A stretch of DNA of 64,000 nucleotides from Alphaproteobacteria bacterium (GTDB lineage: Bacteria > Pseudomonadota > Alphaproteobacteria > UBA828). Both the position numbers and the translations under genes were made by a program. Of the stretch, positions 37,827-46,864 are shown piece after piece; positions within the stretch are counted from its first letter, which is position 1; every line of letters starts with the position of its first letter. Location: NCBI GenBank assembly GCA_965248825.1, contig CBDFKL010000006.1:1025893-1089892 (forward strand). The letters run 5' to 3'. A model generated the notes under the pieces. It was not told where the DNA came from, searched no databases, and saw nothing but the letters and a program-made list of their open reading frames with translations.

Positions 37827-38312
37827 TCAGAGCTGCGAGAGCATGTGCTCCGCGCTGCTCACGTCCATCTCCGCCGGATTCTCTTCCACGTTGAGGGCGC
37901 TGACCGTGCCGTCATCGATGATCATGGAGAACCGGGTCGTCCGTTCGCCTAGCCCGAAGCCGGTACCGTCGAGCGTCAGACCGGTCGCCCGCGCGAACTC
38001 GCCGTTCCCATCGGCCAGCATGTCGATGGCCTCGCCGACCGATTGCGCCTCGCCCCAGGCCTTCATCACGAACGCATCGTTGACCGAGACGCAGGCGATT
38101 TGATCCACGCCCTTCGCCTTGAGCGCGCCGGCCTGCGACAGGTAGCTCGGCACGTGCTTGGCCGAGCAGGTCGGGGTAAACGCGCCGGGGACCGCGAACA
38201 GAGCGGTCTTCTTGCCTTTGAAATAATCGTCGCTCGCAACATCCGTAAGCCCGTCGGCGGTCAACGCCTTGAAGCTGACCGAGGGCACCTTGTCGCCTGC
38301 GCTGATTGCCAT
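37827..38312 (-). CDS. Prx5-type peroxiredoxin (PrxV/AhpC-TSA family)
   Basis: ALFAVPGAFTPTCSAKHVPSY (peroxidatic Cys in TPTCS) and a resolving-region Cys. 161 aa. Confidence 0.85.
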   Translation of the reverse strand: MAISAGDKVPSVSFKALTADGLTDVASDDYFKGKKTALFAVPGAFTPTCSAKHVPSYLSQAGALKAKGVDQIACVSVNDAFVMKAWGEAQSVGEAIDMLADGNGEFARATGLTLDGTGFGLGERTTRFSMIIDDGTVSALNVEENPAEMDVSSAEHMLSQL

Positions 38313-38501
38313 TCTCTCCCTCTCCTCTCGGATCTTATCGATCGCCGGGCCACCCCCGGCGTCCGCGCAATATGCGAAGGCTGCGCCGAGAATGCAAACC
38401 TGTAACGCAGCGCCTTACCGCGCCGATGGCCGGCGCGGCTTTCCATGATGATATGGTTGTCACCCTATTCCCGCTTTGAGATGATTGGGTGAAGCAGGCA
38501 G

Positions 38502-39104
38502 ATGGCCGCCGGGTCGAACGCGATGGATGATGAACGCGGTGACGGCGCTGGCCCCTATCTTGAGGGCCAACTCCTGGTCGCCATGCCGATGATGTCCGAC
38601 CCGCGCTTCGTGCGGAGCGTGATCTATCTCTGCGAGCACTCGGATGACGGCGCGATCGGGCTGGTGGTCAACAAGACCTTCGAGTCACTCAGCTTTTCGG
38701 AGCTTCTGAAGCAGCTCAGCATCGAAGCCGAAAGCATCGACGAGCGAATTCAAGTGCATTTCGGCGGCCCGGTCGAGGCGGCGCGCGGCTTCGTCCTCCA
38801 TTCCACCGATTACACCCACGAGGCCACGATGCAGGTCGATGAGAGTTTCGCGCTTACCACCACGATCGATGTGTTGAAGGCCATGGCCGAGGGCCGCGGA
38901 CCGCGCCGGAGTCTGCTCGCCTTGGGCTATGCGGGCTGGGCGCCCGGCCAGCTCGACAGCGAGATCCAAAGCAATGGCTGGCTTACCGTGCCCGCCGACG
39001 AGGAGCTGGTCTTCGGTGATGACCAGTGCTGCAAATGGGAGCTCGCCATCCGCCGGCTCGGGATCGATCCGGGCAAGCTATCGGGCGTGGCCGGCCGCGC
39101 CTGA
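38502..39104 (+). CDS. YqgE/AlgH family protein (UPF0301)
   Basis: GQLLVAMPMMSDPRFVRSVIYLCEHSDDGAIGLVVNK aligns with the E. coli YqgE N-terminus ([34 protein letters not shown]). Confidence 0.8.
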   Translation: MAAGSNAMDDERGDGAGPYLEGQLLVAMPMMSDPRFVRSVIYLCEHSDDGAIGLVVNKTFESLSFSELLKQLSIEAESIDERIQVHFGGPVEAARGFVLHSTDYTHEATMQVDESFALTTTIDVLKAMAEGRGPRRSLLALGYAGWAPGQLDSEIQSNGWLTVPADEELVFGDDQCCKWELAIRRLGIDPGKLSGVAGRA

Positions 39105-39713
39105 GGCATTGCGACCGATCTCGGAGGGCGCACGGTCGCGCGGCGACAAGGCGGCGTAAAGCAGATGGTCGCGCCACGCGCCATCGATCTTGAGATAGTC
39201 ACGGGCATGGCCCTCGCAGCGAAAGCCGCATTTCTCCAATAGCTTCTCACTCGCCATGTTGTTCGGCATGCACGCCGCCTCCACGCGATGGAGACCGAGG
39301 CCCTCGAAGCAATGGTCGAGGACGCCGGCCAAGGCTTCGGTCATGTAGCCGTTGCGCACATAGGGCCGGCCGATCCAGTAGCCGACGCTGCACGATTGGG
39401 CCGCCCCTCGCTGCACATTGCTCAGCGTTACCGCTCCAAGCAGCGCATCGTCGGCCTTGCGCAGAATGAAGAACGCGTAGCCGATGTCGTCATTGCCGTC
39501 GCGGAGCTGGCGGCGGATGCGCCGGCGGAACGCGCCGCGGCTCAGCGCATCGCCCGGCCAGGTCGGCTCCCACGGCGTCAGGAAATCGCGCGACACCGCT
39601 CGCAGCTCCGCCCAGGCCCGCCAGTCGCGCATCTGCGGCGGCCGCAGATACAGCGATCGGGTGCTCAGCTCGGCCTCGCGCCGCGATTCCTGGGGGGAGC
39701 GGAGGATCGCCAT
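39078..39713 (-). CDS. GNAT family N-acetyltransferase (RimJ/RimL-like)
   Basis: Acetyl-CoA binding region (VGYWIGRPYVRNGYMTEALAGVLDHCFEGLGLHRVEAACMPNNMASEKLLEKCGF). Start ATG overlaps the upstream tusA-like stop (TAATG). Confidence 0.7.
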   Translation of the reverse strand: MAILRSPQESRREAELSTRSLYLRPPQMRDWRAWAELRAVSRDFLTPWEPTWPGDALSRGAFRRRIRRQLRDGNDDIGYAFFILRKADDALLGAVTLSNVQRGAAQSCSVGYWIGRPYVRNGYMTEALAGVLDHCFEGLGLHRVEAACMPNNMASEKLLEKCGFRCEGHARDYLKIDGAWRDHLLYAALSPRDRAPSEIGRNASGAAGHAR

Positions 39714-39997
39714 TAGCCGGGCGTCCTGATCCGGAACAGGAACGTCCCGGCCCGTTCGCGCCAGCCGATCAACTCGAACGGCGTCGTTTCGCAGAAATGC
39801 CTGAAGTCGATGACCGAGGCCGGGTCGGTCGCCTGCACCGCCAATGTCGTGCCGGGCGCAAGACGCTTCAAGACCTTGCGCGCCTTGAGCACCGGGAGCG
39901 GGCAGGTCAGGCCGCGGACATCGAGCGTCTCGTCCGCATCCGGCTCGCCCGCCGGCCGGGTGGCGCCGTCAGGTGAAGCGGGCCGCGGTTGCGTCAT
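39713..39997 (-). CDS. TusA-like sulfurtransferase (SirA/YedF/YeeD family)
   Basis: LDVRGLTCPLPVLKARKVL, the conserved CPxP motif, with a C-terminal ferredoxin-like fold. About 94 aa from the ATG. Overlaps the M16 peptidase stop by about 29 nt. Confidence 0.65.
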   Translation of the reverse strand: MTQPRPASPDGATRPAGEPDADETLDVRGLTCPLPVLKARKVLKRLAPGTTLAVQATDPASVIDFRHFCETTPFELIGWRERAGTFLFRIRTPG

Positions 39998-41222
39998 AGC
40001 TCTCGAGCTTGCCGATCGGGCCGATCGCCGCAACCGTGGGCCGACATCCGCGCAGGATCCGGTTGGCGGTGCGGACGACCGCCTGGCAATCGATGGCATC
40101 GACCCGATCGATCATCTCCGCGATCGAGAGCGGGCGGCCAAACACCAATATGTGGCGGCCAAGCCGCTCACAGCGCGCCTGAGTGCTCTCGAGGGACATC
40201 AGAAGCCCCGCCTTGAGCTGGGCGCGGGCGCGGGAGACCTCCTCCTCGGTCACCGCCGCGCGCACCTTCAGTATCTCGTCCGCCATCACGGGGACCAGCT
40301 CGGCGATATCGGTTTCACCCGCGCCGGCATAGACGCCGAACACCCCGCCGTCGGTATAGCTCGATGCGAAGGTGAACACCGAATAAGCGAGCCCCCGGCG
40401 CTCCCGAACTTCCTGAAACAGGCGCGACGACATGCCGCCGCCGAGCAGCGTGGAAAGCACCTGAAGCGTGTAGAAATCGGGGTCGTCATAGGCGAGGCCG
40501 TCGAACCCCACGACCAGGTGCACCTGCTCCAGATCGCGCGAGCTGCGGTGATCGCCGCCGTGATAGACCGCCGCCGCGGGCTCTTGCGCCGCGCCCGCCG
40601 GAAGCGCCGTGAACGCCTCCTCGGCGCTCGCGACGAGGGCATCGTGATCGATCCGCCCGGAGCCGACGAGCACCATGCGGGGTGCGCTGTAGTGGGCCGC
40701 CATATAGGCGGCGAGGTCGTCCCGCGAATAGCCCGCGACCAGCTCGGCCGGTCCCAGAATGCTGCGGCCCATGGGCTGATCGGGATAGGCCGTCTCCTGG
40801 AAATAGTCGAACACGATATCGTCTGGCGTATCGCGGCACTGCGCGATTTCCTGAATCACCACCGCGCGCTCGCGGTCGAGCTCGGCGGGATCGAAGACCG
40901 AGCGCTGCATGATGTCGGCGAGGATGTCGAGCGCCAGCGGCACGTCGTCCTTCATCACCTTGGCGTAATAGGCGGTGTTTTCCCGCGAGGTATAGGCATT
41001 GAGATGGCCGCCGACCGCTTCGATTTCCTCGGCGATGTCCTGCGCGCTGCGCCGTTCGGTGCCCTTGAAGGCCATGTGTTCGAGCAGATGCGACACACCG
41101 TTGGTCTCGGCCGTCTCGCAGCGTGCGCCGACATCGACCCAAAGCCCGAGAGACGCCGTCTCGAGATGGTCCATCGGGTCACTCGCCACGCGCAGGCCGT
41201 TCGCGAGAGTCGCCACTCTCAT
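39969..41222 (-). CDS. M16-family zinc metallopeptidase (insulinase/MPP-like)
   Basis: GVSHLLEHMAFKGT (inverted zinc-binding HxxEH) and downstream E. 417 aa. Start ATG overlaps the thrC stop. Confidence 0.8.
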   Translation of the reverse strand: MRVATLANGLRVASDPMDHLETASLGLWVDVGARCETAETNGVSHLLEHMAFKGTERRSAQDIAEEIEAVGGHLNAYTSRENTAYYAKVMKDDVPLALDILADIMQRSVFDPAELDRERAVVIQEIAQCRDTPDDIVFDYFQETAYPDQPMGRSILGPAELVAGYSRDDLAAYMAAHYSAPRMVLVGSGRIDHDALVASAEEAFTALPAGAAQEPAAAVYHGGDHRSSRDLEQVHLVVGFDGLAYDDPDFYTLQVLSTLLGGGMSSRLFQEVRERRGLAYSVFTFASSYTDGGVFGVYAGAGETDIAELVPVMADEILKVRAAVTEEEVSRARAQLKAGLLMSLESTQARCERLGRHILVFGRPLSIAEMIDRVDAIDCQAVVRTANRILRGCRPTVAAIGPIGKLESYDATAARFT

Positions 41223-42634
41223 GCCACATCCTCCCGCGCGCCGGCGCCCGCGCGGTCGCGAACGAAGCGTTTCAACCGCACCACATCATTCGGCAGCTCG
41301 GTCAGCCGCTCGGGCCTGCGCATCAGGTCACCGAGGCGCGGCGGCAGGGCCGGCCGGATACCGATCGCCCGCTCGACGGCCGCGGGGAACTTCGCGGCGT
41401 GCGCCGTCGCGAGACTGATCACCGGAGCGCCCGCCGAGCCATGGACTCGGGCGGCATGGACCCCGGCCGCCGAGTGCGGATCGATCATCCGCCCGCAGGA
41501 GCGCCACACATCAGCGATGGTCTCGAGGCATGCTTGATCGTCGGCGCTCTCGCCGGCGAAGAACGCCCGCGCCTCGGCGAGGCGGGTTTCGTCGACCGAG
41601 AATTCGCCGTCTGCGGCCAACCGCTCCATGAGAGCCCGGACGGCAGCACCGTCCCGCCCGCAGAGATCGGCAAGAAAGCGCTCGAAATTGCTCGCGACCT
41701 GAATGTCCATGCTCGGACTCAAGGTCCGCTGGACGGCGCCCTTGCGGTAACGCCCGGTTTCGAGGAAGCGGGCAAGACCGTCGTTTCGATTGGTCGCGAC
41801 CACCAGCCGCTTGACCGGCAGACCCATCCGGCGCGCGGCGTAGCCCGCATACACATTGCCGAAATTCCCGGTCGGAACGACGAAGGAGACCGCCTGCGCC
41901 GGCGCGCCGAGGGCGAGCGCTGCGTAGACGTAGTAGGCGGTCTGCGCCGCGACCCGCGCCCAATTGATCGAGTTGACCGCCGCGAGCCCGATCTCGTCGC
42001 GGAAGGCGAGGTCGCCGAACAGCGCTTTGACCAGGGCCTGGCAGTCGTCGAAGGTGCCGGCGATGGCGACATTGTGGACGTTCGGAGCATCGACCGTCGT
42101 CATCTGGCGACGCTGGATCTCGGAGACCCGGCCCGCGGGGTGGAGAATCACGACGGAGATATTGGCGCGGCCCCGAAACGCCTCGATGGCCGCCGAGCCG
42201 GTATCGCCCGAGGTCGCAGCCACGATGGTGGCGGTGCGCGCGCGCTTCGAGAGCGTCGCGTCGACCATGCGCGCGAGCATCTGAAGCGCGAAATCCTTGA
42301 ACGCGAGAGTGGGGCCGTGAAACAGCTCGAGCAGCCAGTGGTTCGGGCCGAGCTGAACCAGCGGAGCGGTGGCGGGATGGTCGAAATCGGCATAGCTCTC
42401 GGCCGCGATCGCCGCCAGCGCGGCACGAGAGAAAGCCCGGCCGGTGAAGCGCGCCATCAGAGCGGCGGCGACTTCGGGGTAGGGACGGCCGCGAAGGGCG
42501 CTGAGGGCATCGGCGTCGAGGGCCGGCCATCGCTCGGGCAGGTAGAGGCCGCCGTCCCGGGCGAGACCCTGGAGCAGCGCCCGCTCGAACGAGACCGCCC
42601 GGCCATCGGTCTGACGCGTGCTGATATAGCGCAA
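41219..42634 (-). CDS. thrC: Threonine synthase
   Basis: RYISTRQ N-terminus, PLP-lysine region (HGPTLAFKDFALQML), 471 aa. TTG start, the only start codon adjacent to the conserved N-terminus, with GGGGAG 8 nt upstream. Confidence 0.9.
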   Translation of the reverse strand: MRYISTRQTDGRAVSFERALLQGLARDGGLYLPERWPALDADALSALRGRPYPEVAAALMARFTGRAFSRAALAAIAAESYADFDHPATAPLVQLGPNHWLLELFHGPTLAFKDFALQMLARMVDATLSKRARTATIVAATSGDTGSAAIEAFRGRANISVVILHPAGRVSEIQRRQMTTVDAPNVHNVAIAGTFDDCQALVKALFGDLAFRDEIGLAAVNSINWARVAAQTAYYVYAALALGAPAQAVSFVVPTGNFGNVYAGYAARRMGLPVKRLVVATNRNDGLARFLETGRYRKGAVQRTLSPSMDIQVASNFERFLADLCGRDGAAVRALMERLAADGEFSVDETRLAEARAFFAGESADDQACLETIADVWRSCGRMIDPHSAAGVHAARVHGSAGAPVISLATAHAAKFPAAVERAIGIRPALPPRLGDLMRRPERLTELPNDVVRLKRFVRDRAGAGAREDVA

Positions 42635-42711
42635 GCCGCGCTCCCCGTCCTCTTCGGCTCCCTCCCGACGCGCGGCCAGACTACACGCCGCCCCCTTCAG
42701 CCGGCAAGGAA

Positions 42712-44157
42712 TCAGCCGAGATAACGCCGCCGGAGGTGGTCCTTGAAGACCGCCGTCCCGAGCGGCTTGCCGGTCGCCCGCTCGAGGAGCGCCGCGCCGG
42801 CGTAGCGGCTGCCGAGGCCATGAACATGGGTGCGCAGCCAGAGGAGGAGGGGGGTGAAATCCCCGCGCTCGATCGCGGACCACAGATCCGGCTGATCCCG
42901 GACCGCCGCATCGAAGAGTTGAGCCGCCATCAGCGCGCCGAGCGTATAGCTCGGGAAGTAACCGAGCTCGCCCACCGACCAATGGATGTCCTGCAGGCAC
43001 CCTTCGGCGTGATTGCGCGGCCGCAGGCCGAGCAAGGCCTCCAGCGCGTCGGCCCAGGCACCGGGGATGTCGCCGACGGCGAGGTCGTCCGCGATCAAGG
43101 CGTTCTCGAGCCGGTAGCGGAGCATGATGTGGACGGGATAGGTCACCTCGTCGGCGTCGACCCTGATGTAACCGGGTTCGACATGAATCGCCCGCCGATG
43201 GAGCGCCTCCGCATCGACCGCGGCGTCCGCCGCCTCGCCCAGACAGTCGCGCAGCAGCGGCGCGAGAAACCTCATGAAGGACAGGCTGCGGCAAGCCTGC
43301 ATCTCGATCAGCAGCGACTGGCTCTCGTGGAGCGCCATGCCGCGGGCCTCGCCCACCGGCAGGAGCCGCCATTCCTCCGGCAGCCCCGCTTCGTAGAGCG
43401 CATGGCCGGTCTCGTGCAGGACTGCCATCAAGCCCGACAAGACGTCGGCCTCGTCATAGCGCGTCGTGATGCGGATATCCCCGCTCACGCCGCCGCAGAA
43501 GGGATGGAGGCTGACGTCGAGGCGCCCATGGTCGAAATCGAAGCCGAGCGCCGCCATCAATTGGGTGGCCAGCGCCCGCTGGGCCGGCTCGGCAACGCGC
43601 CCCGGTGCTGCGGGCGGTGCGCCGTTACGGGCCTGCTTGTCGCGAACCCGGTCGAGGAAATCGGGGAGGAAGCCCGCGAGATCATCGAACAACGGATCGA
43701 TGATCGAGCACCGCAACCCGGGGTCGTAGGAATCGACCAAGCCGTCATAGGGCGCGCAGTCGAGCGGCCCGGCAAGCGCCGCCGCCTTGTCGCGGACCAG
43801 GCCGAGCAACGGCGCGAAGGCGCTCGCAAAGGCCGGGAAGTCGCTTGCCGGCCGTGCGCTGCGCCAAACCATCTCGCAGCGGGATGAGGCCTCGCTCAGC
43901 GCCGTGACCAGGTCGGCGGGCAGCGCCGTCGCGTGGCGCCAGCGCCGGCGCATCTCGGCGAGATTGGCCCGCTGCCAGTCATCGAGGCTGCCGCCGCCCG
44001 CCTCGCCTTCGTCCAACAGGTCGGCGAGCCGCTCATCGGTCAGGGCCTCGTGACGAAGCAGGTCGAGCTCGGCGAGCTGGGCCGCGCGCGCCGCCGCACC
44101 GCCTGACGGCATCATCGTCGCCCAGTCCCAATGCAGCATTGCGGCCGCCCCGGCCAA
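42712..44157 (-). CDS. M32 carboxypeptidase (Taq/thermostable carboxypeptidase 1 family); N-terminus probably extends upstream of the track start
   Basis: WDWATMMP, HETGHALYE (HExxH), HESQS, IRVDADEVTYPVHIMLRY, GYFPSYTLGA: all M32 hallmarks. Sequence in-frame upstream of the TTG at 44157 (LNAYRELEARFRRLGNL) still aligns to the M32 N-terminus. Confidence 0.8.
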   Translation of the reverse strand: MAGAAAMLHWDWATMMPSGGAAARAAQLAELDLLRHEALTDERLADLLDEGEAGGGSLDDWQRANLAEMRRRWRHATALPADLVTALSEASSRCEMVWRSARPASDFPAFASAFAPLLGLVRDKAAALAGPLDCAPYDGLVDSYDPGLRCSIIDPLFDDLAGFLPDFLDRVRDKQARNGAPPAAPGRVAEPAQRALATQLMAALGFDFDHGRLDVSLHPFCGGVSGDIRITTRYDEADVLSGLMAVLHETGHALYEAGLPEEWRLLPVGEARGMALHESQSLLIEMQACRSLSFMRFLAPLLRDCLGEAADAAVDAEALHRRAIHVEPGYIRVDADEVTYPVHIMLRYRLENALIADDLAVGDIPGAWADALEALLGLRPRNHAEGCLQDIHWSVGELGYFPSYTLGALMAAQLFDAAVRDQPDLWSAIERGDFTPLLLWLRTHVHGLGSRYAGAALLERATGKPLGTAVFKDHLRRRYLG

Positions 44158-44201
44158 ATTGCCGAGGCGCCTGAATCGCGCTTCGAGCTCACGATAGGCG
44201 T

Positions 44202-44954
44202 TCAGGTCTCGGTCTCCTCGGGGCTGCGGCCGCGCCGCATGTAAAGGACGTAAATGACCGCCAAGCTGACCGCAAGCGCATACCAGATCACGATATATTG
44301 GAGGTGCTCGCTGCGCACCTCGACCTTGGTCTGTCCGCCGACCGGCAGGCCGCCCGGGTTGGGCGCGGGCCCGGCGTCGATCAGGACCCTCGGTGTCGGG
44401 ATGCCCGCTTTTGCCGCCAGCGATTCCGGATCGGTCCAGAACCAGAGATTGTCCTCAGGCGTGTTGTCTGGCGTGAACCAGCCGGCGCGCCCGCTGGGCA
44501 CGACGATCCCTTCGAGGCGGACCGGGCCCTCGATCTGGCCCTCCTTCCGCGTCTCCGGCTCCTTGTTGGCCAGCGGTATCCAACCGCGATTGATCAGGAC
44601 GACCGCACCGTCGGTGCGCTCGAACGGTGTGACCACCTGATAGCCGACCCGGCGGTCATAGGTGCGTGCCGCGAGAAACATCTCGCCCTCGTGGCGGAAG
44701 CGGCCGTCGAGCCAGACCCGCCGGAACTCGAACGACGCAGGATCGTCGAGCGCAGCCGGGAGCATGACAGCCTCCGCCTGGTGGCGGGCGCGGCGCTCCT
44801 CGTTGAGCTCGGTCTTCCACATCAAGCGGTGAACCTGCCAGGAGCCGAGCGCGAGCAGGATCAACACGCCCGGGATCGCGAACTGGGTCGCGCGGCGACG
44901 GGCGCGTTCACTCCTCGCCGAAGCCGGCCGCTTTGTGTCTGTATTGGAGTGCAA
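44202..44954 (-). CDS. surf1: SURF1 family cytochrome oxidase assembly protein
   Basis: N-terminal TM (FAIPGVLILLALGSWQVHRLMWK), conserved VTPFERTDGAVVLINRGWIP, C-terminal TM. The 5' end overlaps the DUF983 ORF, so the start may be downstream of the TTG shown. Confidence 0.8.
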   Translation of the reverse strand: MHSNTDTKRPASARSERARRRATQFAIPGVLILLALGSWQVHRLMWKTELNEERRARHQAEAVMLPAALDDPASFEFRRVWLDGRFRHEGEMFLAARTYDRRVGYQVVTPFERTDGAVVLINRGWIPLANKEPETRKEGQIEGPVRLEGIVVPSGRAGWFTPDNTPEDNLWFWTDPESLAAKAGIPTPRVLIDAGPAPNPGGLPVGGQTKVEVRSEHLQYIVIWYALAVSLAVIYVLYMRRGRSPEETET

Positions 44955-45279
44955 TCAGGATCGCCTTGGCGGGCCGCAGCAAAACCAGGCTGCCGATGAT
45001 GATCGACGGCGCCCACAATACCACGTGCAGCCAGTAGGGCGGCTCATGGGCAAGCTCGAGCCAGAGCGCGAGGGCGACGACGATCGCCCCGACGATGAAC
45101 ATGACGAAGACCGCCGGCCCGTCGCCGCTGTCGTGCTTCCTGAACTCGAGCGCGCATGAATCGCACTGCTCGGCGACCCGCAGATAGCCGGCGAACAGCC
45201 GGCCGCGTCCGCAGCGGGGGCAGCGTGAGAGGAAGCCGGCCTTCAGGACCGAGACCGGTGGGTAATAGCCCTCCGCCAT
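44908..45279 (-). CDS. DUF983-like zinc-ribbon membrane protein
   Basis: CPRCGRGRLF...CDSCALEF four-Cys ribbon followed by two TM helices. Position between ctaE and surf1 is typical for alphaproteobacterial cta clusters. Confidence 0.6.
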   Translation of the reverse strand: MAEGYYPPVSVLKAGFLSRCPRCGRGRLFAGYLRVAEQCDSCALEFRKHDSGDGPAVFVMFIVGAIVVALALWLELAHEPPYWLHVVLWAPSIIIGSLVLLRPAKAILIALQYRHKAAGFGEE

Positions 45280-45289
45280 GCCCTCTCAG

Positions 45290-46102
45290 TCAACCCGAGC
45301 CCCACCAATAGACCCAGATGAACAGGAACAGCCAGACCACGTCGACGAAGTGCCAGTACCAGGCCGCGGCCTCGAAACCGATATGCTGATCCGGTTTGAA
45401 CTGCCGCTTAAGGGCACGGTAGAGGCAGACCGAGAGGAAGATGGCGCCCACTGTGACATGGAAGCCGTGGAAGCCCGTCGCCATGAAGAAGGTCGACGGA
45501 TAGATCCCCTCGCGGAAGCCGAACGCGGCATGGGTGTACTCGTACGCTTGGACGCAGAGGAAGGCGATACCGAGAAAGACGGTCAGCGCCAGGCCAAAGA
45601 CCAAGTGCTGATGGTTGCCGTGGCGCAGCCCGTGATGCGCCCAGGTCACCGTCGCACCGGAGGTCAGCAGAAGCAGCGTGTTGATGAAGGGAAGACGCCA
45701 GGCGGGGATGATCTCGACGCCGGGCGGTGGCCAGACATTGCCAATGGCATCGGTCGGCATGATCGAGGCGTTGAAGAACGCCCAGAAGAATGCCGCGAAG
45801 AACATCACCTCGGAGGCGATGAACAGGATCATGCCGAAGCGGATGCCCCGCTGCACCACCTGGGTGTGCTCGCCCTCGACGAGCGCCTCGCGGATCACGT
45901 CGCGCCACCAGAAATACATGGTCAGGACGACGATGACCCCGCCGATCGTCATCAACCAGATTTGCCCGGTATGCATGAAGATAACGACACCGCCGAGCCC
46001 TAATCCGGCGCCGCCGAGGGCTCCGATCACGGGCCACGGGCTCGGCCGTACCATGTGATAGTCGTGGTTCGCGGTGCCGTGTGCGCTATCCGCCATGCTC
46101 AC
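45290..46102 (-). CDS. ctaE: Cytochrome c oxidase subunit III
   Basis: 270 aa, 7-TM, conserved HHGLRHG...GFHGFHVTVGAIFL. Confidence 0.9.
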   Translation of the reverse strand: MSMADSAHGTANHDYHMVRPSPWPVIGALGGAGLGLGGVVIFMHTGQIWLMTIGGVIVVLTMYFWWRDVIREALVEGEHTQVVQRGIRFGMILFIASEVMFFAAFFWAFFNASIMPTDAIGNVWPPPGVEIIPAWRLPFINTLLLLTSGATVTWAHHGLRHGNHQHLVFGLALTVFLGIAFLCVQAYEYTHAAFGFREGIYPSTFFMATGFHGFHVTVGAIFLSVCLYRALKRQFKPDQHIGFEAAAWYWHFVDVVWLFLFIWVYWWGSG

Positions 46103-46143
46103 TCTCGCTCCGTCATCAGACCGGGGCTCGTCGCGTCAAGGGC

Positions 46144-46731
46144 CTAACCACCGGCCTCGCCGTTCGCGCGGGGCGTCAACGCGGCGGCTTCGGTCGCGTC
46201 TTCTCCGCGCCCGAAGAAGGTATAGGACAGGGTGATCGTGCTCACGTCATCGAGCCGGCGATCCTCCACGATCTCGGGATCGACGAAGAACGAAACCGGA
46301 AGCTCGGCACGTTCTCCCGGCGCGAGCGCCTGCTCCTCGAAACAGAAGCACTCGATCTTGTTGAAGTAGGCGCCTGCTTTCACCGGCGTGACGTTGAAGG
46401 TCGAGCTGCCGATGAGGGCGCGGTCGGATCGGTTCTCGGCGCTGTAGAACGCCATGGCCATCTCGCCGACCCGCACGGTCATCGCGCGTTGCTCCGGCTT
46501 GAAGCGCCACGGCAGGTCGCGCGCAATGTCCGCATTGAAGCGCACGGTGATGACCCGCTCGCCGATCTCCGCAGGCGCCGCATCCGCAACCTGGGTCGTG
46601 CCGCCGAAGCCGGTAGCCTGGCAAAACAGCCGATAGAGCGGAACCGCGCCGAAGGCGAGGCCCACCATGCCGCAGACCACGCTGCCGAGGATGAGCGCGG
46701 TCGCGACGCGGCGTCTTCTGCCGGGCGCCAT
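46144..46731 (-). CDS. ctaG: Cytochrome c oxidase assembly protein CtaG/Cox11
   Basis: N-terminal TM plus a Cox11 copper-binding domain (IECFCFEEQAL...). Confidence 0.85.
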   Translation of the reverse strand: MAPGRRRRVATALILGSVVCGMVGLAFGAVPLYRLFCQATGFGGTTQVADAAPAEIGERVITVRFNADIARDLPWRFKPEQRAMTVRVGEMAMAFYSAENRSDRALIGSSTFNVTPVKAGAYFNKIECFCFEEQALAPGERAELPVSFFVDPEIVEDRRLDDVSTITLSYTFFGRGEDATEAAALTPRANGEAGG

Positions 46732-46732
46732 C

Positions 46733-46864
46733 TCACTCGCCCCCCATCCTGACGATCGTGATCAGGTAGAACAGGATCGCGAGGGCAAACAGCGCGCCGC
46801 CCACGGCGAAGTTTCGGACCTTGCGCCGCCGCTCGGTTTCCCGATCTCTCACCACGTCCCTCAT
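46733..46864 (-). CDS. Small (about 43 aa) single-TM protein between ctaB and ctaG
   Basis: [43 protein letters not shown]: basic N-terminus plus one TM. It occupies the slot of the small ORF found in ctaC-ctaB-orf-ctaG-ctaE operons. Start overlaps the ctaB stop. Confidence 0.4.
   Translation of the reverse strand: MRDVVRDRETERRRKVRNFAVGGALFALAILFYLITIVRMGGE

Noticed and set aside
41219-42634. Apparent 1-nt disagreement between coordinates read off the printed sequence lines and the ORF-track codon frame around 41220 and 42630
   Set aside because: Almost certainly my own miscount while indexing 10-mers rather than a biological frameshift. Feature coordinates were taken from ORF-track codon arithmetic.
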